A stretch of DNA of 64,000 nt from Candidatus Latescibacterota bacterium (GCA_965242865.1 CBDETK010000013.1:2400001-2464000), one strand, 5' to 3'; numbered from the stretch's first letter, positions 40,301 through 50,739 are shown. Notes: generated by a model not told the origin, from the letters alone. Translations and numbers: made by a program.

Positions 40301-42114
40301 CTAGGGGTGACGGCCCGTACTTGGAAGCTATACTCTACCGTATTCGCGTCGGACGGTAACGTGATCCTGCCTGTGTTCGTAGTAACAGAATTAGCAGGAA
40401 AACCCGTCCAGTCCTCATTGTTGGAACAATCGGTGGAACAATACTCATAGCCGTTGATGTTTGTATTGTTCACCGCAGGAGCAGTCCAACTCAGCGTCAC
40501 TTCATTCCAATGATCACCCGTGCCCTGACGAAGCGACGCCGCATCCACAGACGGTGCCGACGGGATAAAGCGAATATCGACGCGCATCTCCCCGTTGGTT
40601 TGCGTAATGTTCCGCACCGCGATCCCTGTGAATACGTCCTGCGTATCGTCACTATAGTTGTCCTGCGACATAGACCCACCCCTGTTGTAGCCCGCCGTTG
40701 AGGGGTTGGATGTCGGCGTGAACTCGCCAGAAGTCCACACATCACCCGCGTCGCCTAGATTGCCCTGGCGATCGTCCCGCCAATCCTTGTCGTCTCCCGT
40801 CCAATAGTCCAAGTTGTCCCCGCCAGATTCATTATTCTCCGTTGGGGTAAGGGGAATGCTAGTCGCACCAGGGCCCGGATGATCCCAAAGCCCGTCGGCG
40901 CATTCCACGTCAACACGCTTGTGTTCTTCAATCGCATTGACATCGCCCCTTCTGTAAGGATTTGTGTTACCGCTTGTATCTGTTGGAGGAAGGTGGGGGG
41001 TTACGGTTTCGTCAATGTGCCATATTAACAACCCTCTCTGGGGCGCATGGGCGTCGTAGTAACTGCCAAGACTGCTCTCTGTCCCGTCGTACGTATTCTG
41101 CCGGTTGGACAACAGGAAATACTCCATAGGTGGAGTAGAAGAACCGGGCACCGGAATTTGCACCACTACATTGCCAGCGGAAGAGTTGATGTCAGGGATG
41201 GTCACCGTCTTGTCAGACGACACGGTCTCCACTCTATTGTCCAGCCAGCCCACCTCTATCCGAGACCACGCCGACAGGGGAGTAGGGCCATCTGGAACAC
41301 CCGCCTGCTCCACGTATCCGTCAGAACCTTTGCCCATCACCCCCCAGAAGCCAACGCCGGCACTGTGATTGGGATAATCCGTGCGGTCAACGAGAATATT
41401 GGTGCGGTCATAGAGCTCGAGCAGTCCCATAACGTGCCCATATTCGTGTGCCAGCACCCCCACTATGAAAGGAAAACTGTTGTCCCAATCCGACGTGATG
41501 ACCCTGTTAATTGTTGTGGTCCGATCTCTTGATCTCCAATTGAGATTACCGAAAACCGTCCCATCAACTTTGCAATCGTTGCCCATTCCAGGCGGCGTAA
41601 GCACGGCGACCAAGTCGACGTCAGTAAAGTCGACGTCAGGGTCAGCGTAGGCGTTGTCGAGTACTGCTCTGGAAAAATCTCGCACGGCATTCCCCCAATT
41701 CGCAACCGGGCAGCCGGTGGGCAAGGTCGGCTTCGCGGTCCCTTCATACCATGTTGTTGGAGCATCGTCGTCGGCACTTGCTAAATGCAAATTCCCATAC
41801 GACATCTTTTCAAAATAGTGCGCCAGACTGCCCTGAACCGTTGGGTCCACGAACTGGGTGCTGAGACGAGTCGTGTTATTGTCTCGATCGGCGAATTTGT
41901 AAGTCCTCAGATCACTACGATCAGAATCTCCCACAAATTTCCCAAACAGAACCAGCACCTTAATCGGATCCGTCGCCATGCTACTCCGGTAAAAGATATG
42001 GTGAGACGACAGGCCCGTCACCTCATCCCCACCACCATCATACCCACATACAAAGTCTTGGCTGTATGCGCTCGCAACATACAGGCTAAGCAGCATGAAT
42101 ACACGAAAAAGCAT
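37387..42114 (-). CDS. Protease P4: M6-like metalloprotease plus stalk, truncated and fused to a T-gene 3'/RBS segment
   Basis: HEYGHVMGLLELYD. Ends EPTTAFPQVN on the TTCCACAAGTGAAC..ATAGGAG sequence that also follows T1 and T2. Confidence 0.85.
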   Translation of the reverse strand: MLFRVFMLLSLYVASAYSQDFVCGYDGGGDEVTGLSSHHIFYRSSMATDPIKVLVLFGKFVGDSDRSDLRTYKFADRDNNTTRLSTQFVDPTVQGSLAHYFEKMSYGNLHLASADDDAPTTWYEGTAKPTLPTGCPVANWGNAVRDFSRAVLDNAYADPDVDFTDVDLVAVLTPPGMGNDCKVDGTVFGNLNWRSRDRTTTINRVITSDWDNSFPFIVGVLAHEYGHVMGLLELYDRTNILVDRTDYPNHSAGVGFWGVMGKGSDGYVEQAGVPDGPTPLSAWSRIEVGWLDNRVETVSSDKTVTIPDINSSAGNVVVQIPVPGSSTPPMEYFLLSNRQNTYDGTESSLGSYYDAHAPQRGLLIWHIDETVTPHLPPTDTSGNTNPYRRGDVNAIEEHKRVDVECADGLWDHPGPGATSIPLTPTENNESGGDNLDYWTGDDKDWRDDRQGNLGDAGDVWTSGEFTPTSNPSTAGYNRGGSMSQDNYSDDTQDVFTGIAVRNITQTNGEMRVDIRFIPSAPSVDAASLRQGTGDHWNEVTLSWTAPAVNNTNINGYEYCSTDCSNNEDWTGFPANSVTTNTGRITLPSDANTVEYSFQVRAVTPSEEAGTPSAAVGFTLDRPGAVGLAWSGTVPEVGQSVTAELTDPNGVVGVPVWQWERGLSATDTWTTIGSAHASYTPQRDDIGHQLRATAHYTDRHGSNKSASGATSASVVGRPSAPREFEAVAGDGQVVLRWQPPASNGGLPIRRYKVVYFPSADRDASTGFSAVPGGASARDTTIEGLTNGTRYVFRVLAQNRDNNDGNGFRAEREATPQVPCQLTGATDPTFAENATGVVSTYTASAGCDSALSWGLAGTDECFFQLKGDGMSRTLEFDSSHSPPNFEQPADAGKNNTYAVSVSIGDVSVSVTVSVTDANDAGVIRLSTTAPRAEESLTATLSDEDGIAEPVYWTPHYESTSDGGGVTGQASEATQTWTLTIPNSRVGQSLRLQADYTDSFGSASAMSALTSPVRPAANRAPSVSGPAAVDIAENSSEPWLLGTYTGRDPDGDELTWSVTGTDASAFELKEPASPGAHPSRELHLASAADYETQASYDVWVKVSDAALSDSLRVSVSVVNQNEDGEVVLRGGLPPEVGTAVVAGLTDPDGQITGAAWQWQRRLGATGAWEAIGSGVSGASSAVSGTASAYPELSSYTPVSGDVGWQLQATVRYRDGHDPNAERMSASDPSRAVVGVPVAPSEVSFRSGWTQVRVEWSAVATATGYAVQGQSKPFDGGTWPSTWTSLASDVVGQRRYVHRGVSPDSLYRYQVRARVGELESAWSSAEPSAGVQPGVGPPTGFTAEAGASEATLRWTGPDHASIIKWRYRDVTAEGADTDGGWLDATVSSSAVAGWSAPVEGLTAGREYRFQVRAVNGAGDGRPSAVSNTVTPWLARPTGGSVSVQAGPALKVAWSAGASATGYEVQGQSKAYDGGSWPSAWTTQQAHGAQPYVHRGVDADRRYRYRVRARVGETVSAWSDTLPGVAGVQPPPGAPMGLTATPGIRQATLRWTGPTHTSITEWQYKRGRVLEPTTAFPQVN

Positions 42115-42133
42115 AATACCCTCCTAAAAGAGC

Positions 42134-42183
42134 TTGTGTGTCGATGTCCTTTCCAATATCATAGAGGAAAGGCCGTCGGTCAA
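42134..42183. promoter_or_regulatory. Divergent promoter region (P4 / S4)
   Basis: Plus strand TTGTGT-17-TATCAT. Minus strand TTGACC with only 14 nt to TATGAT. Confidence 0.45.
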
Positions 42184-42228
42184 TAGTGGCCTTCAATCCC
42201 GTTCTTCTTCAAAAGGAGTTTGGCTTTT

Positions 42229-43185
42229 ATGATAACTCAATTGACGCGCCTCGTAGTCCCGCTGGTGCTATGCACCCTGTTGGCCCCGTCCGCAGACGCA
42301 CAGGATGAAGCAGGCTTTAAGGGGAGCCCAACAGATTTTCTCCCGTTGCAGGTCGGTAATCAGTGGACTTATACGCACAGTTATTATAACGACGTTTACG
42401 GCAATTACGAGACCTTTTACGGCGACGTATATGACTTGGAGTACTTTGATCCCTTGTTTCTGCTAGCTCATCGGCTGATGATGGAGATACCTGGGTATCC
42501 TCTATCTCCCGGCTTGGCTGATTTCGTATGGCCGCCTGACGACCTCAGATTCCCTGTCAGAAGAGAGCTAACCATTGAAATTACCCATACCGAGACGATT
42601 GAAGGCCATGAATACTTTGTCTTTAGCGAGCCATACGATTGGCCGCCCGTACCCACTCTCTGCTTGGCCGGCCAAAAGGTGCGCTTCTCCGATGCGGGTG
42701 TTCTACTTATACGCCAGCAGGAGCAAGACATCGCCCTATATGATTTTGCTTCGCCTTATGAATATGACTCTGCTCAAATTCATAGCGACAAGGAGTATAC
42801 CACGCTAGCCTATCCTGTGCTATACGACGCACACGACCCGGTCCGACTACCACTTTTAGTTCGTCGTTTCTTCTGGGACGCAAGATTGAGAAGCCGTTGG
42901 CATTTATTTTATCCCCCTCCATTAAGCTTTGGTCCGGCATTCGTCACTCGTTTTGTTGTTAACCCTAGATTGGGTGACGTTTATTTTCTAGCAAACTATG
43001 GGTTCGCCCGATACGAAGTATGGGAACCAGGGTGGGATTTGCTTCGAGTCTTTGAGAATTCTCTTGCGCCGGTTTCGGCGGTTATTGGCGGCAAAGAGAT
43101 CGCCTATCCCTATGTTTTTGTTGGGACCAGTGTCCAGCCTACCTCTTGGGGCCAACTCAAAGCGCGTCACGGGCAGGAGCCATAG
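42229..43185 (+). CDS. Secreted partner protein S4 (paralog of S1 and S2)
   Basis: FLPLQVGNQWTY...TSWGQLKARHGQEP. Confidence 0.8.
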   Translation: MITQLTRLVVPLVLCTLLAPSADAQDEAGFKGSPTDFLPLQVGNQWTYTHSYYNDVYGNYETFYGDVYDLEYFDPLFLLAHRLMMEIPGYPLSPGLADFVWPPDDLRFPVRRELTIEITHTETIEGHEYFVFSEPYDWPPVPTLCLAGQKVRFSDAGVLLIRQQEQDIALYDFASPYEYDSAQIHSDKEYTTLAYPVLYDAHDPVRLPLLVRRFFWDARLRSRWHLFYPPPLSFGPAFVTRFVVNPRLGDVYFLANYGFARYEVWEPGWDLLRVFENSLAPVSAVIGGKEIAYPYVFVGTSVQPTSWGQLKARHGQEP

Positions 43186-46100
43186 GGCCGCTCTCATTAA
43201 CCTGCCCGTCGCCCGCCGTCGCCGTAAATGTCCGCGGCGCCCACGGCGGCCCCACCACCGCCGATGTCTTGGGGCTTTGCGCCTGCTGCCGACCATAATC
43301 ATCCGTGATAGGACACCCGCGCCCGGATATGCACCCCCAAATGCACTGTGCTCACCCGCAACGGCTCCGACTGCACTGCGCTGGGCGGCGGATCGGCCCC
43401 ATTGGCCCCCGACACCCCCGCCGGCAGGAAAAACGCCCAAGTAAACCCCACATCCGTCGGGTTATCCGGGTCGGTCAACGTCGCCGTCAGGTCGTCGCCG
43501 ACCCGCGGCGTGGTCGTCGAGAGCGCCACACGCCCTTTGGTGTCCACCGGCAATGTCACCGTATCCGTCCGCGTCGTCGCCGACCATCCCCCGCCGTTGC
43601 GTGCCCGCACTTCAAACCGATAAGACCCCCCATCCACCAGCGGATGCCGCACTATAAACGACCGCGTCGTCGCCGCCGTGCCCATGGACAGCCACCCTCC
43701 CCACGCGGTGATCGGCTCCAAAATCTGGCCCCGCTTATACTGCCACTCGCGGATGCTGGTGTGCGTCGGCCCCGTCCACCGAAGCGTCGCCTGTCGGATG
43801 CCCGGCGTGGCGGTCAAGCCCGTGGGCGCACCCGGCGGCGGTTGCACTCCCGCCACCCCCGGCAGCGTATCCGACCAAGCACTCACCGTCTCGCCCACCC
43901 GCGCCCGCACTCGGTAGCGATAGCGGCGGTCGGCATCCACCCCTCGATGCACATAGGGCTGTGCGCCGTTGGCTTGCTGGGTCGTCCACGCCGAAGGCCA
44001 CGACCCGCCGTCAAACGGCTTGCTCTGCCCCTCCACCTCATAGCCGGTCGCCGACGCCACCGCCGACCAAGCAACCTTCAGTGCCGGACCCGCCTGCACT
44101 GAAACCGAACCGCCCGTGGGCCGAGCCAACCACGGCGTGACCGTATTGCTCACCGCCGAAGGCCGCCCACCGCCGGCCCCATTGACCGCCCGCACTTGAA
44201 ACCGATACTCGCGCCCCGGCGTCAAGCCCTCTACCGTAGCCACCCACTCCGTCGAGGCACTACCGCTGACCGTCGCGTCCTGCCAGTCCCCGTCCGTATC
44301 GGCCCCCTCCGCCGTCACATCCCGATACCGCCACTGGGTAATACTGGCGTGATCCGGACCCGTCCACCGAAGCGTCACCTGACCAGCCCCCGCCGCCGCC
44401 CGAAACCCCGTCGGAGCATCAACGCCGGGCTGGACCCCGGCCGCATCCGGCAGCGGGTCCGACCACTCACTCACCGCCGCATCTGTCCGCGAGCGCACCT
44501 GATACCGATACAGGCTATCCGGCGACACCCCCCGGTGGGCATACCGCAGAGCGGTGATGTTGGTCGCCAATGACGACCAAGCCGCCGGCCAAGGGCCCCT
44601 ATCAAAGGGTTTGCCCTGCCCCTGCACATCGTAGCTCGTCGCCGACGCCACCGCCGGCCACTCTACCCGAATACGGCCCCACCCAGCCGTCACCGACGCG
44701 GCCGGAGGGCCGAACACCGCCGCACTCGCCGCACTCGCGGCCGTCCGTTCCGCGTTGGGATCGTGCCCATCGCGGTAGCGCACCGTCGCCTGCAACTGCC
44801 ACCCCACATCGCCCGACACCGGCGTGTAGCTCGATAGCTCAGGATACGCCGAGGCCGCACCCGACACCGCCGATGAAGCCCCCGACACCCCGGCCCCAAT
44901 CTCTTCCCATGCTCCCGTCGCGCCCACCGACGCTGCCACTGCCAAGACGCCCCCGTAATCTGCCCATCTGGGTCGGTCAACCCCGCCACCACCGCCGTGC
45001 CCACTTCCGGCGGCAACCCCCCCGTCAGCACCACCGACCCATCCTCGTTCTGATTGACGACCGACACCGACACCCGCAGGCTGTCCGACAGCACCGCATC
45101 GGAGACCTTTACCCACACGTCGTAGCGCGCTTGGGTTTCGTAATCGGCCGCATTCGCCAAATGGAGCTCCCGCGATGGCGACGCCCCCGGCGACGCCGGC
45201 TCCTTCAATTCATCAAACGCACTGGCATCCGTGCCCGTTATACTCCACGTCAACTCGTCGCCGTCCGGGTCGCGGCCGATATAGGTGCCCAACAACCACG
45301 GTGAGGAACTGTTTTCGGCTATGTCCACCGACGCCGGACCCGACACCGAAGGGGCGCGGTTGGAGGCCGGGTGCACCGGCGAAGTCAAAGCACTCGTCGC
45401 CGACGCCGCGCCAAAAGAGTCCGTGTAGTCGGCTTGGATACGCAGGGGCTGCCCCACGCGGCTGTTGGGGATAGTCAGCGTCCATGTCTGCGTCGCCTCC
45501 GACGCCTGCCCGGTTACGCCGCCGCCGTCCGAGGTGCTCTCATAGTGGGGTGTCCAATACACCGGCTCTTCAATCCCATCTTCGTCCGACAGCGTTGCCG
45601 TGAGGGATTCCTCCGCTCGCGGCGCGGTCGTCGAAAGACGAATGACACCGGCATCGTTGGCATCGGTCACCGACACGGTAACCGGCACGGATACGTCGCC
45701 GATGGACACCGACACCGCGTAAGTGTTGTTCTTGCCAGCGTCGGCAGGCTGCTCAAAGTTGGGAGGCTGCTTGAACTCAAGCGTCCGAGACGTGCCCGTC
45801 CCTTGTAACTCCGCAAACGCACTCGTATCCGTCCCCGCCAACTTCCACGACAACGCCGAATCACACCCAGGGCTAGCCGTGTACGTGCCTACCGCCCCAG
45901 TGGCGTTTTCCGCAAATGTCGGAGCCATCTCCCCCGTCAGTTGACAGGGAACCTGCGGTGTCGCCTCTCGCTCGGCTCGAAACCCGTTCCCATCATTGTT
46001 ATCTCTGTTCTGAGCCAGCACCCGAAATACATATCGCGTCCCGTTGGTCAACCCCTCAATCGTCGTGTCCCGCGCCGACGCACCCCCCGGCACCGCCGAA

Positions 46101-48793
46101 AAACCCGTCGACGCATCGCGATCCGCACTCGGAAAATACACCACCTTATACCGCCGGATCGGCAACCCCCCATCCGACGCCGGCGGCTGCCAACGCAAGA
46201 CCACCTGACCATCGCCAGCCACCGCCTCAAACTCCCGCGGCGCACTCGGCCGACCGACCACCGACGCACTCGTGGCCCCCGACGCACTTTTGTTGGAGCC
46301 ATGACGGTCGGTGTAATGCGCCGTCGCCCGTAGCTGATACCCTATATCATCCCGCTGTGGCTTGTAGGACTCAGCATGTGCCAACGCAATCTCCGTCCAC
46401 GTATCCGTCGTACTCGACCCCCGTTCCCACCACCAAACCGGAACCCCCACCACGCCATCCGGATCGGTCAAGGTCGCCACCACCACCTGCCCCACTTCCG
46501 GCCTCCCCCCCGTCAGCGAAACCGACCCTTCCTCCTCCGCATTCACCACCGTCACCGACACCGCTTGTGTGACCGTGACTTGGCCAGCGCGGGCTTGGAT
46601 GGTCACCGAGTAGGTCGCGTTCTGCAAGGTTTCAAAATCGGGCGGCTGCCGAAAGTGAAGCTCCCGCGTCGTCCCAGTGCCCTGTAACTCAAAGGCATTC
46701 CGAGTGTCGTTCTCCAGCGTCCAATTCGGGGTATTGCCCAAGCCGGTCACCGTATAGGTGGCCACCTCTGTATCGTCCTGATCGGGCGTCACGTCCTCGA
46801 CAAAATCCACCGCGCTGGGACCTAACGCTTGGGGCGTGGCCGTCAGGGTGGCTGAATTTCTCCCCAACCCGTTGACCGCCGCGACTTCAAACGTGTACGC
46901 CGTGTTGTTGATCAAATCTCCGGCTTCGATGGTCGCTACGATCCGTCCATTCTCAGTGGCGGTTGTCATGCTCCACCCGCTCCAAAGCATCGTATCAGGA
47001 CGATATCGGTATCGGTAGGAGACGGTCGGGTCGTTCGAAGCAGCCCACCGTAGCGTCACTTGGCCCGCTTGGACTTCAGCAGTCAAATTGTCCGGAGCTG
47101 CCGGCAGCGTAAGGGCTACGTCCACAAGGATGTTGTCGCCAGCAGCGTCATACCGAATGTCAGTCAGGGCTAAGTTCACATCACCAGGATCCCGATTCAT
47201 CCATCCACCTGTGGTCGCTTGGCGCAAGCCGGCCCCAGCGGTCAGGCTATTGACCGCCGACACGTTAGCTTGGTCGAAGTTAGTATCGTCTCCGGGATCG
47301 TCTCTGGGATCGGATATCCTACCGGCCGCAAACGGATCGGAGAGCATGTCGTAGTATTCGGGGATGTTGGGGCTCGCATCCTGATCCCGGGCGTCGCGGT
47401 AGCGTCGCTCATCGGCGACGATGAGCAGAGGACGCTCGACTCTGAAGCGCCGACGCCAGACCATCAGGCCCTGATCGGCGGCATTGGGGGCGGCATAGTC
47501 ATAGAAGGAGACATAGCGCCCGCCAAACGGCTGTGTGGTACGGCGATTAAGCAGAAATTCGACAACCCCCCGGTCAATCAAATGCGTCGTCCCCGGAGCG
47601 ATGGCGTAATCGTTCTGAGCGTTCAGGATCTCTGTCGGCGTCAGCCAACCCAAGTCGCGTAGATAGAAGGGGTTGATTGGATTGGGACAGGAGCGGTAGG
47701 CTATGTAGTATGCGTTGTTGTGCGTGACCGGCCCTTGATCACCGCCGCCCTGCATCAGGGTCCACCCTAGCTGGTTGGCAGCCCTGTCCACCATATTCGG
47801 TGGATTATTTCTTCGTGTGTTTCCGTACCTGTTATTCGAGTCCGCCCAATCCCCCTCGCCATGATTCAGGCCGAGCAAATGGCCGATTTCATGGGCGTGC
47901 GCACCAATGCCAGCGAACTCGTCGACGTCAGGAGTAGTGTTGCCGAACCCCTGACGCTCCCCCATCACATAGCGGTAGCCGACCTGCATGGCTTGAGTAG
48001 GATTTTCCCGAGTAGTCTCATCCGCTTGGGGATGCAGTTGGCTGGGCTGGTTGCCACGCGTTACTAAGTCGACATCGCGATTGTTAAAGACGACCCCGGA
48101 ATACAAAAAAAGGAGCTTTCGGCGCAAGAGGCGGGTAAAGGGGTAGTCGGTGGAAGTGTGATGGGGGAGGCTGATACCCGTGTTCCAAGCGGCGGCGGGC
48201 AACGACAACGAGTCCAACGTCGCTTGGTACGCGGCATCCCAGAACTCATCCATAGTGGTACTCTCGGCATAGTGTTCCTTGGTATTCGGCAACTCAATCC
48301 AGCGGGGAAAGTCGTCCGTACCTGTCTCTGTCGTGGCAGGATTGACCATGCGCACGTGTAGGTTGAACACGCCGTTGGACACCGAATCGAAGTACGCCCG
48401 CACACTGCCGAATACCTGGGGCAGTCGATAGTTGTTTGCTACCCTGACGTTTGGCCCGACAAAGGGCGTGGGATGCCCGCCTTCAGCAGCCGAGTAGCCA
48501 CCCGCCAGCATCCGCAGGAAATCGCGCCGGCGATACGAAGCGGCGGTCAGCCCCCCGTCTTCTTCGCCGAAGGGCCGGTCGTAATTGTGATATTGATAGC
48601 CAAATCTTGAGGTTGAGGCCCCGGCGTTTTGAAAGGTGACCAGCACCACATCCAGCGTACACGCCGCAGCCCGTGCGGCCAAGATGGGGTTATTCGCATG
48701 CGGCCATGTCGAAAGCGAACCGCGGGCGAATCCGGCCGAGGCACAAACCAGCAATCCGAAGCAAAGCACACACAATACACGAAGCGGATTCAT
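43157..48793 (-). CDS. Protease P5: metzincin-like protease plus stalk, two frameshifts, lacking the sorting domain
   Basis: ATG 48793 overlaps the upstream stop (ATGA). GSVRAYFDSVS, HEIGHLLGLNH. Relative to paralogs: -1 at ~44926 and +1 at 43307. Same 3' junction as P3. Confidence 0.75.
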
Positions 48794-49692
48794 TCGCGAC
48801 CCTCCTGCTTGATAAGCCCCCAAGAAAACCACTCAATGCTACTTGCGTCCGACGACGAAGCCTGACCCGCCGCCGCCTGGGCTTCCCGAACCGTCACGGT
48901 ACGCCCATCGAGCACCGCGTGTTTCGCTTTTTGTATGTTTTTGAATAGCGGAGCATCGTCGTCGTAGAGTGCCATCTGACATTGTTGGACACCGAAACCC
49001 TTTAGGAAGATGAGAGCTGCCCCCAACCCGACCGTTACCCCCGACTCACCTGTCACCCCCGACTCGCTTCCCAACAATTCGTACCAATTAGAGGGACCAG
49101 CGGCCTCTGCGCCGCCACTAAAGCCGAAATAATTGTCGTGGGTGTGCTCGGAGCGGTTTTCCCGTGCGGTGACGCGGAGGGTTCCCTCTGGGGTGGGGAC
49201 GGTATAGCTAACTTCGCCGCTGGCGCCGCTGGCTCCGCTGGCTCCACTGGCGCCGCCAAAGCGGAACAGGGCTTGCTCGCCATCGGCGGTACGCTCCATC
49301 AGTTGGTCGCCTACCCACCGTAGCTTCTTACCTGCTATGAACTGCGGCGGCACCGGCGGCCAATACTCCGGCATATCGCTGATGACGAAGTAGGTATGGC
49401 CATCGATAACCTCGGTGCGCAACACCGAAAGAGTGAATTCGGGTATGCCGTATGGAGCCGTGTAGTTGGTCCATTGGCTATACACATCGTCGTTTTCGTC
49501 GTCGCTTTCGTAGTAGTTATGGCTATACATCCACGAATTGCCCACGGCCAGCGGCAACCAGTCGCTGGCGTCAGCGATGGCAGACCCGTTGCCCAACAGG
49601 CCGACCAAGACCGCCGCCAGAAGGTGCTTTACTGGCCTCAAAGGCCGCGACAGAATGGGAGACGAGAGCGTCAAAAGCATACTGTTTTGCAT
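48790..49692 (-). CDS. Secreted partner protein U1 (PLAVGNSWMY family, C-terminal FSWGLIK)
   Basis: WLPLAVGNSWMY, TEVIDGHTYFV, WPPVP shared with the S family; translationally coupled to P5. Confidence 0.8.
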   Translation of the reverse strand: MQNSMLLTLSSPILSRPLRPVKHLLAAVLVGLLGNGSAIADASDWLPLAVGNSWMYSHNYYESDDENDDVYSQWTNYTAPYGIPEFTLSVLRTEVIDGHTYFVISDMPEYWPPVPPQFIAGKKLRWVGDQLMERTADGEQALFRFGGASGASGASGASGEVSYTVPTPEGTLRVTARENRSEHTHDNYFGFSGGAEAAGPSNWYELLGSESGVTGESGVTVGLGAALIFLKGFGVQQCQMALYDDDAPLFKNIQKAKHAVLDGRTVTVREAQAAAGQASSSDASSIEWFSWGLIKQEGRE

Positions 49693-49724
49693 GATGATTC
49701 CTCCTTAGATAGGATGCCGAGAAG

Positions 49725-49850
49725 CTAAGTGTTCAGACGGTAAAACATTGAGTTTGTATTCCTCTGGAATTTTCGCCGTAGGGCCGATCCTGCGGAGGCA
49801 CAAACCAGCAAGCCGAAGCAAAGCGCATACAAGATATGGAGCCGATTCAT
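49725..49850 (-). pseudogene. Relic 5' stub of a P5-type protease
   Basis: MNRLHILYALCFGLLVCASAG matches the P5 signal peptide; same ATGA coupling to U2. Confidence 0.7.
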
Positions 49851-50698
49851 GGGCTGCCCTCCTGTTTGACGGCTCCCCAAGAAAACCACTCAATGCTACT
49901 TGCGTCCGACGATGAAGCCCGACCAGCGGCCTCTTCCCGGGCTTCCCGAATCGGCACGGTACGTCCATTGATCACGGCCTGTTTGGCGGTTAGGATGTTT
50001 TTGAAGTCATAGACATCGGAATGACCGCGAAGAAAGGAACAATATTCTATGCCGAAGCCCTGTATGAAGGTGGCCCCCCCTACTTCGTAAGAATGAACCA
50101 ACGGCGGACCATAATACTCCGAGTCGCTCGCACCCCCTACGCCCTCTTCGTCATCAAAATCAAAGCGGAACAGTCCTCCCCATCGGGTGACTTGGGTAGC
50201 TCCCTCTTGGATGGCGACGGCATAGTTAGTTTCTCCGCTGGCACCGCTAGTTCCACTAGTGCCGCCAAAGCGAAACAGCGACCGCTCGCCATCGGCGGTG
50301 CGCTCCATCAGTTGATTGCCCACCCACCGCAGCTTCTTACCCGCGATGAAATACGATGGCGGCGGAGGCCAGAAGTCGGGCATGTCGCTGATAACAAAGT
50401 AGGTATGGCCGTCAATGACCTCGGTGTGCAATACGGAAATGCTGAACTGCGGAGTGCCGAGGGTGTCGAATTGAGCCGTGTAGTTAGTCCATTGGCTCCG
50501 GTCCTTTTCGTATTCGCGATATCGATGTGCATACATCCACGAATTGCCCACGGCCAGCGGCAACCAGTCGCTGGCGTCCGCAACAGCCGACCCGCTGTCC
50601 AACAGACCAACCAAGACCGCCGCCAGAAGGCACTTCACAAGCCCCAAAGGCCGCGACAGAACGGGAGACGAGGGCGTCAAAAGCATACTGTTTCGCAT
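49847..50698 (-). CDS. Secreted partner protein U2 (paralog of U1)
   Basis: WLPLAVGNSWMY...IEWFSWGAVKQEG. About 100 bp of upstream sequence is duplicated (49690-49787 vs 50696-50792). Confidence 0.8.
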   Translation of the reverse strand: MRNSMLLTPSSPVLSRPLGLVKCLLAAVLVGLLDSGSAVADASDWLPLAVGNSWMYAHRYREYEKDRSQWTNYTAQFDTLGTPQFSISVLHTEVIDGHTYFVISDMPDFWPPPPSYFIAGKKLRWVGNQLMERTADGERSLFRFGGTSGTSGASGETNYAVAIQEGATQVTRWGGLFRFDFDDEEGVGGASDSEYYGPPLVHSYEVGGATFIQGFGIEYCSFLRGHSDVYDFKNILTAKQAVINGRTVPIREAREEAAGRASSSDASSIEWFSWGAVKQEGSP

Positions 50699-50739
50699 GA
50701 TGATTCCTCCTTAGAGTAGGATGCCGAGAGGCTAAGTGT

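Noticed and set aside
22200-42580. Diversity-generating retroelement behind S-gene hypervariability
   Set aside because: Many S2/S4 changes hit codon positions 1-2, but there is no reverse transcriptase or A-rich template repeat in the window, and the variable region includes indels. Only a genome-wide RT/TR search could revive this.
13200-47700. Numerous Pro/Arg/His-rich plus-strand and alternate-frame ORFs (e.g. 19522-21024, 14215-15063)
   Set aside because: Antisense or off-frame shadows of GC-rich protease genes; they recur only because the DNA is repeated.
12985-48793. CRISPR array
   Set aside because: The repeats are long coding-domain repeats without repeat-spacer periodicity; no cas genes.
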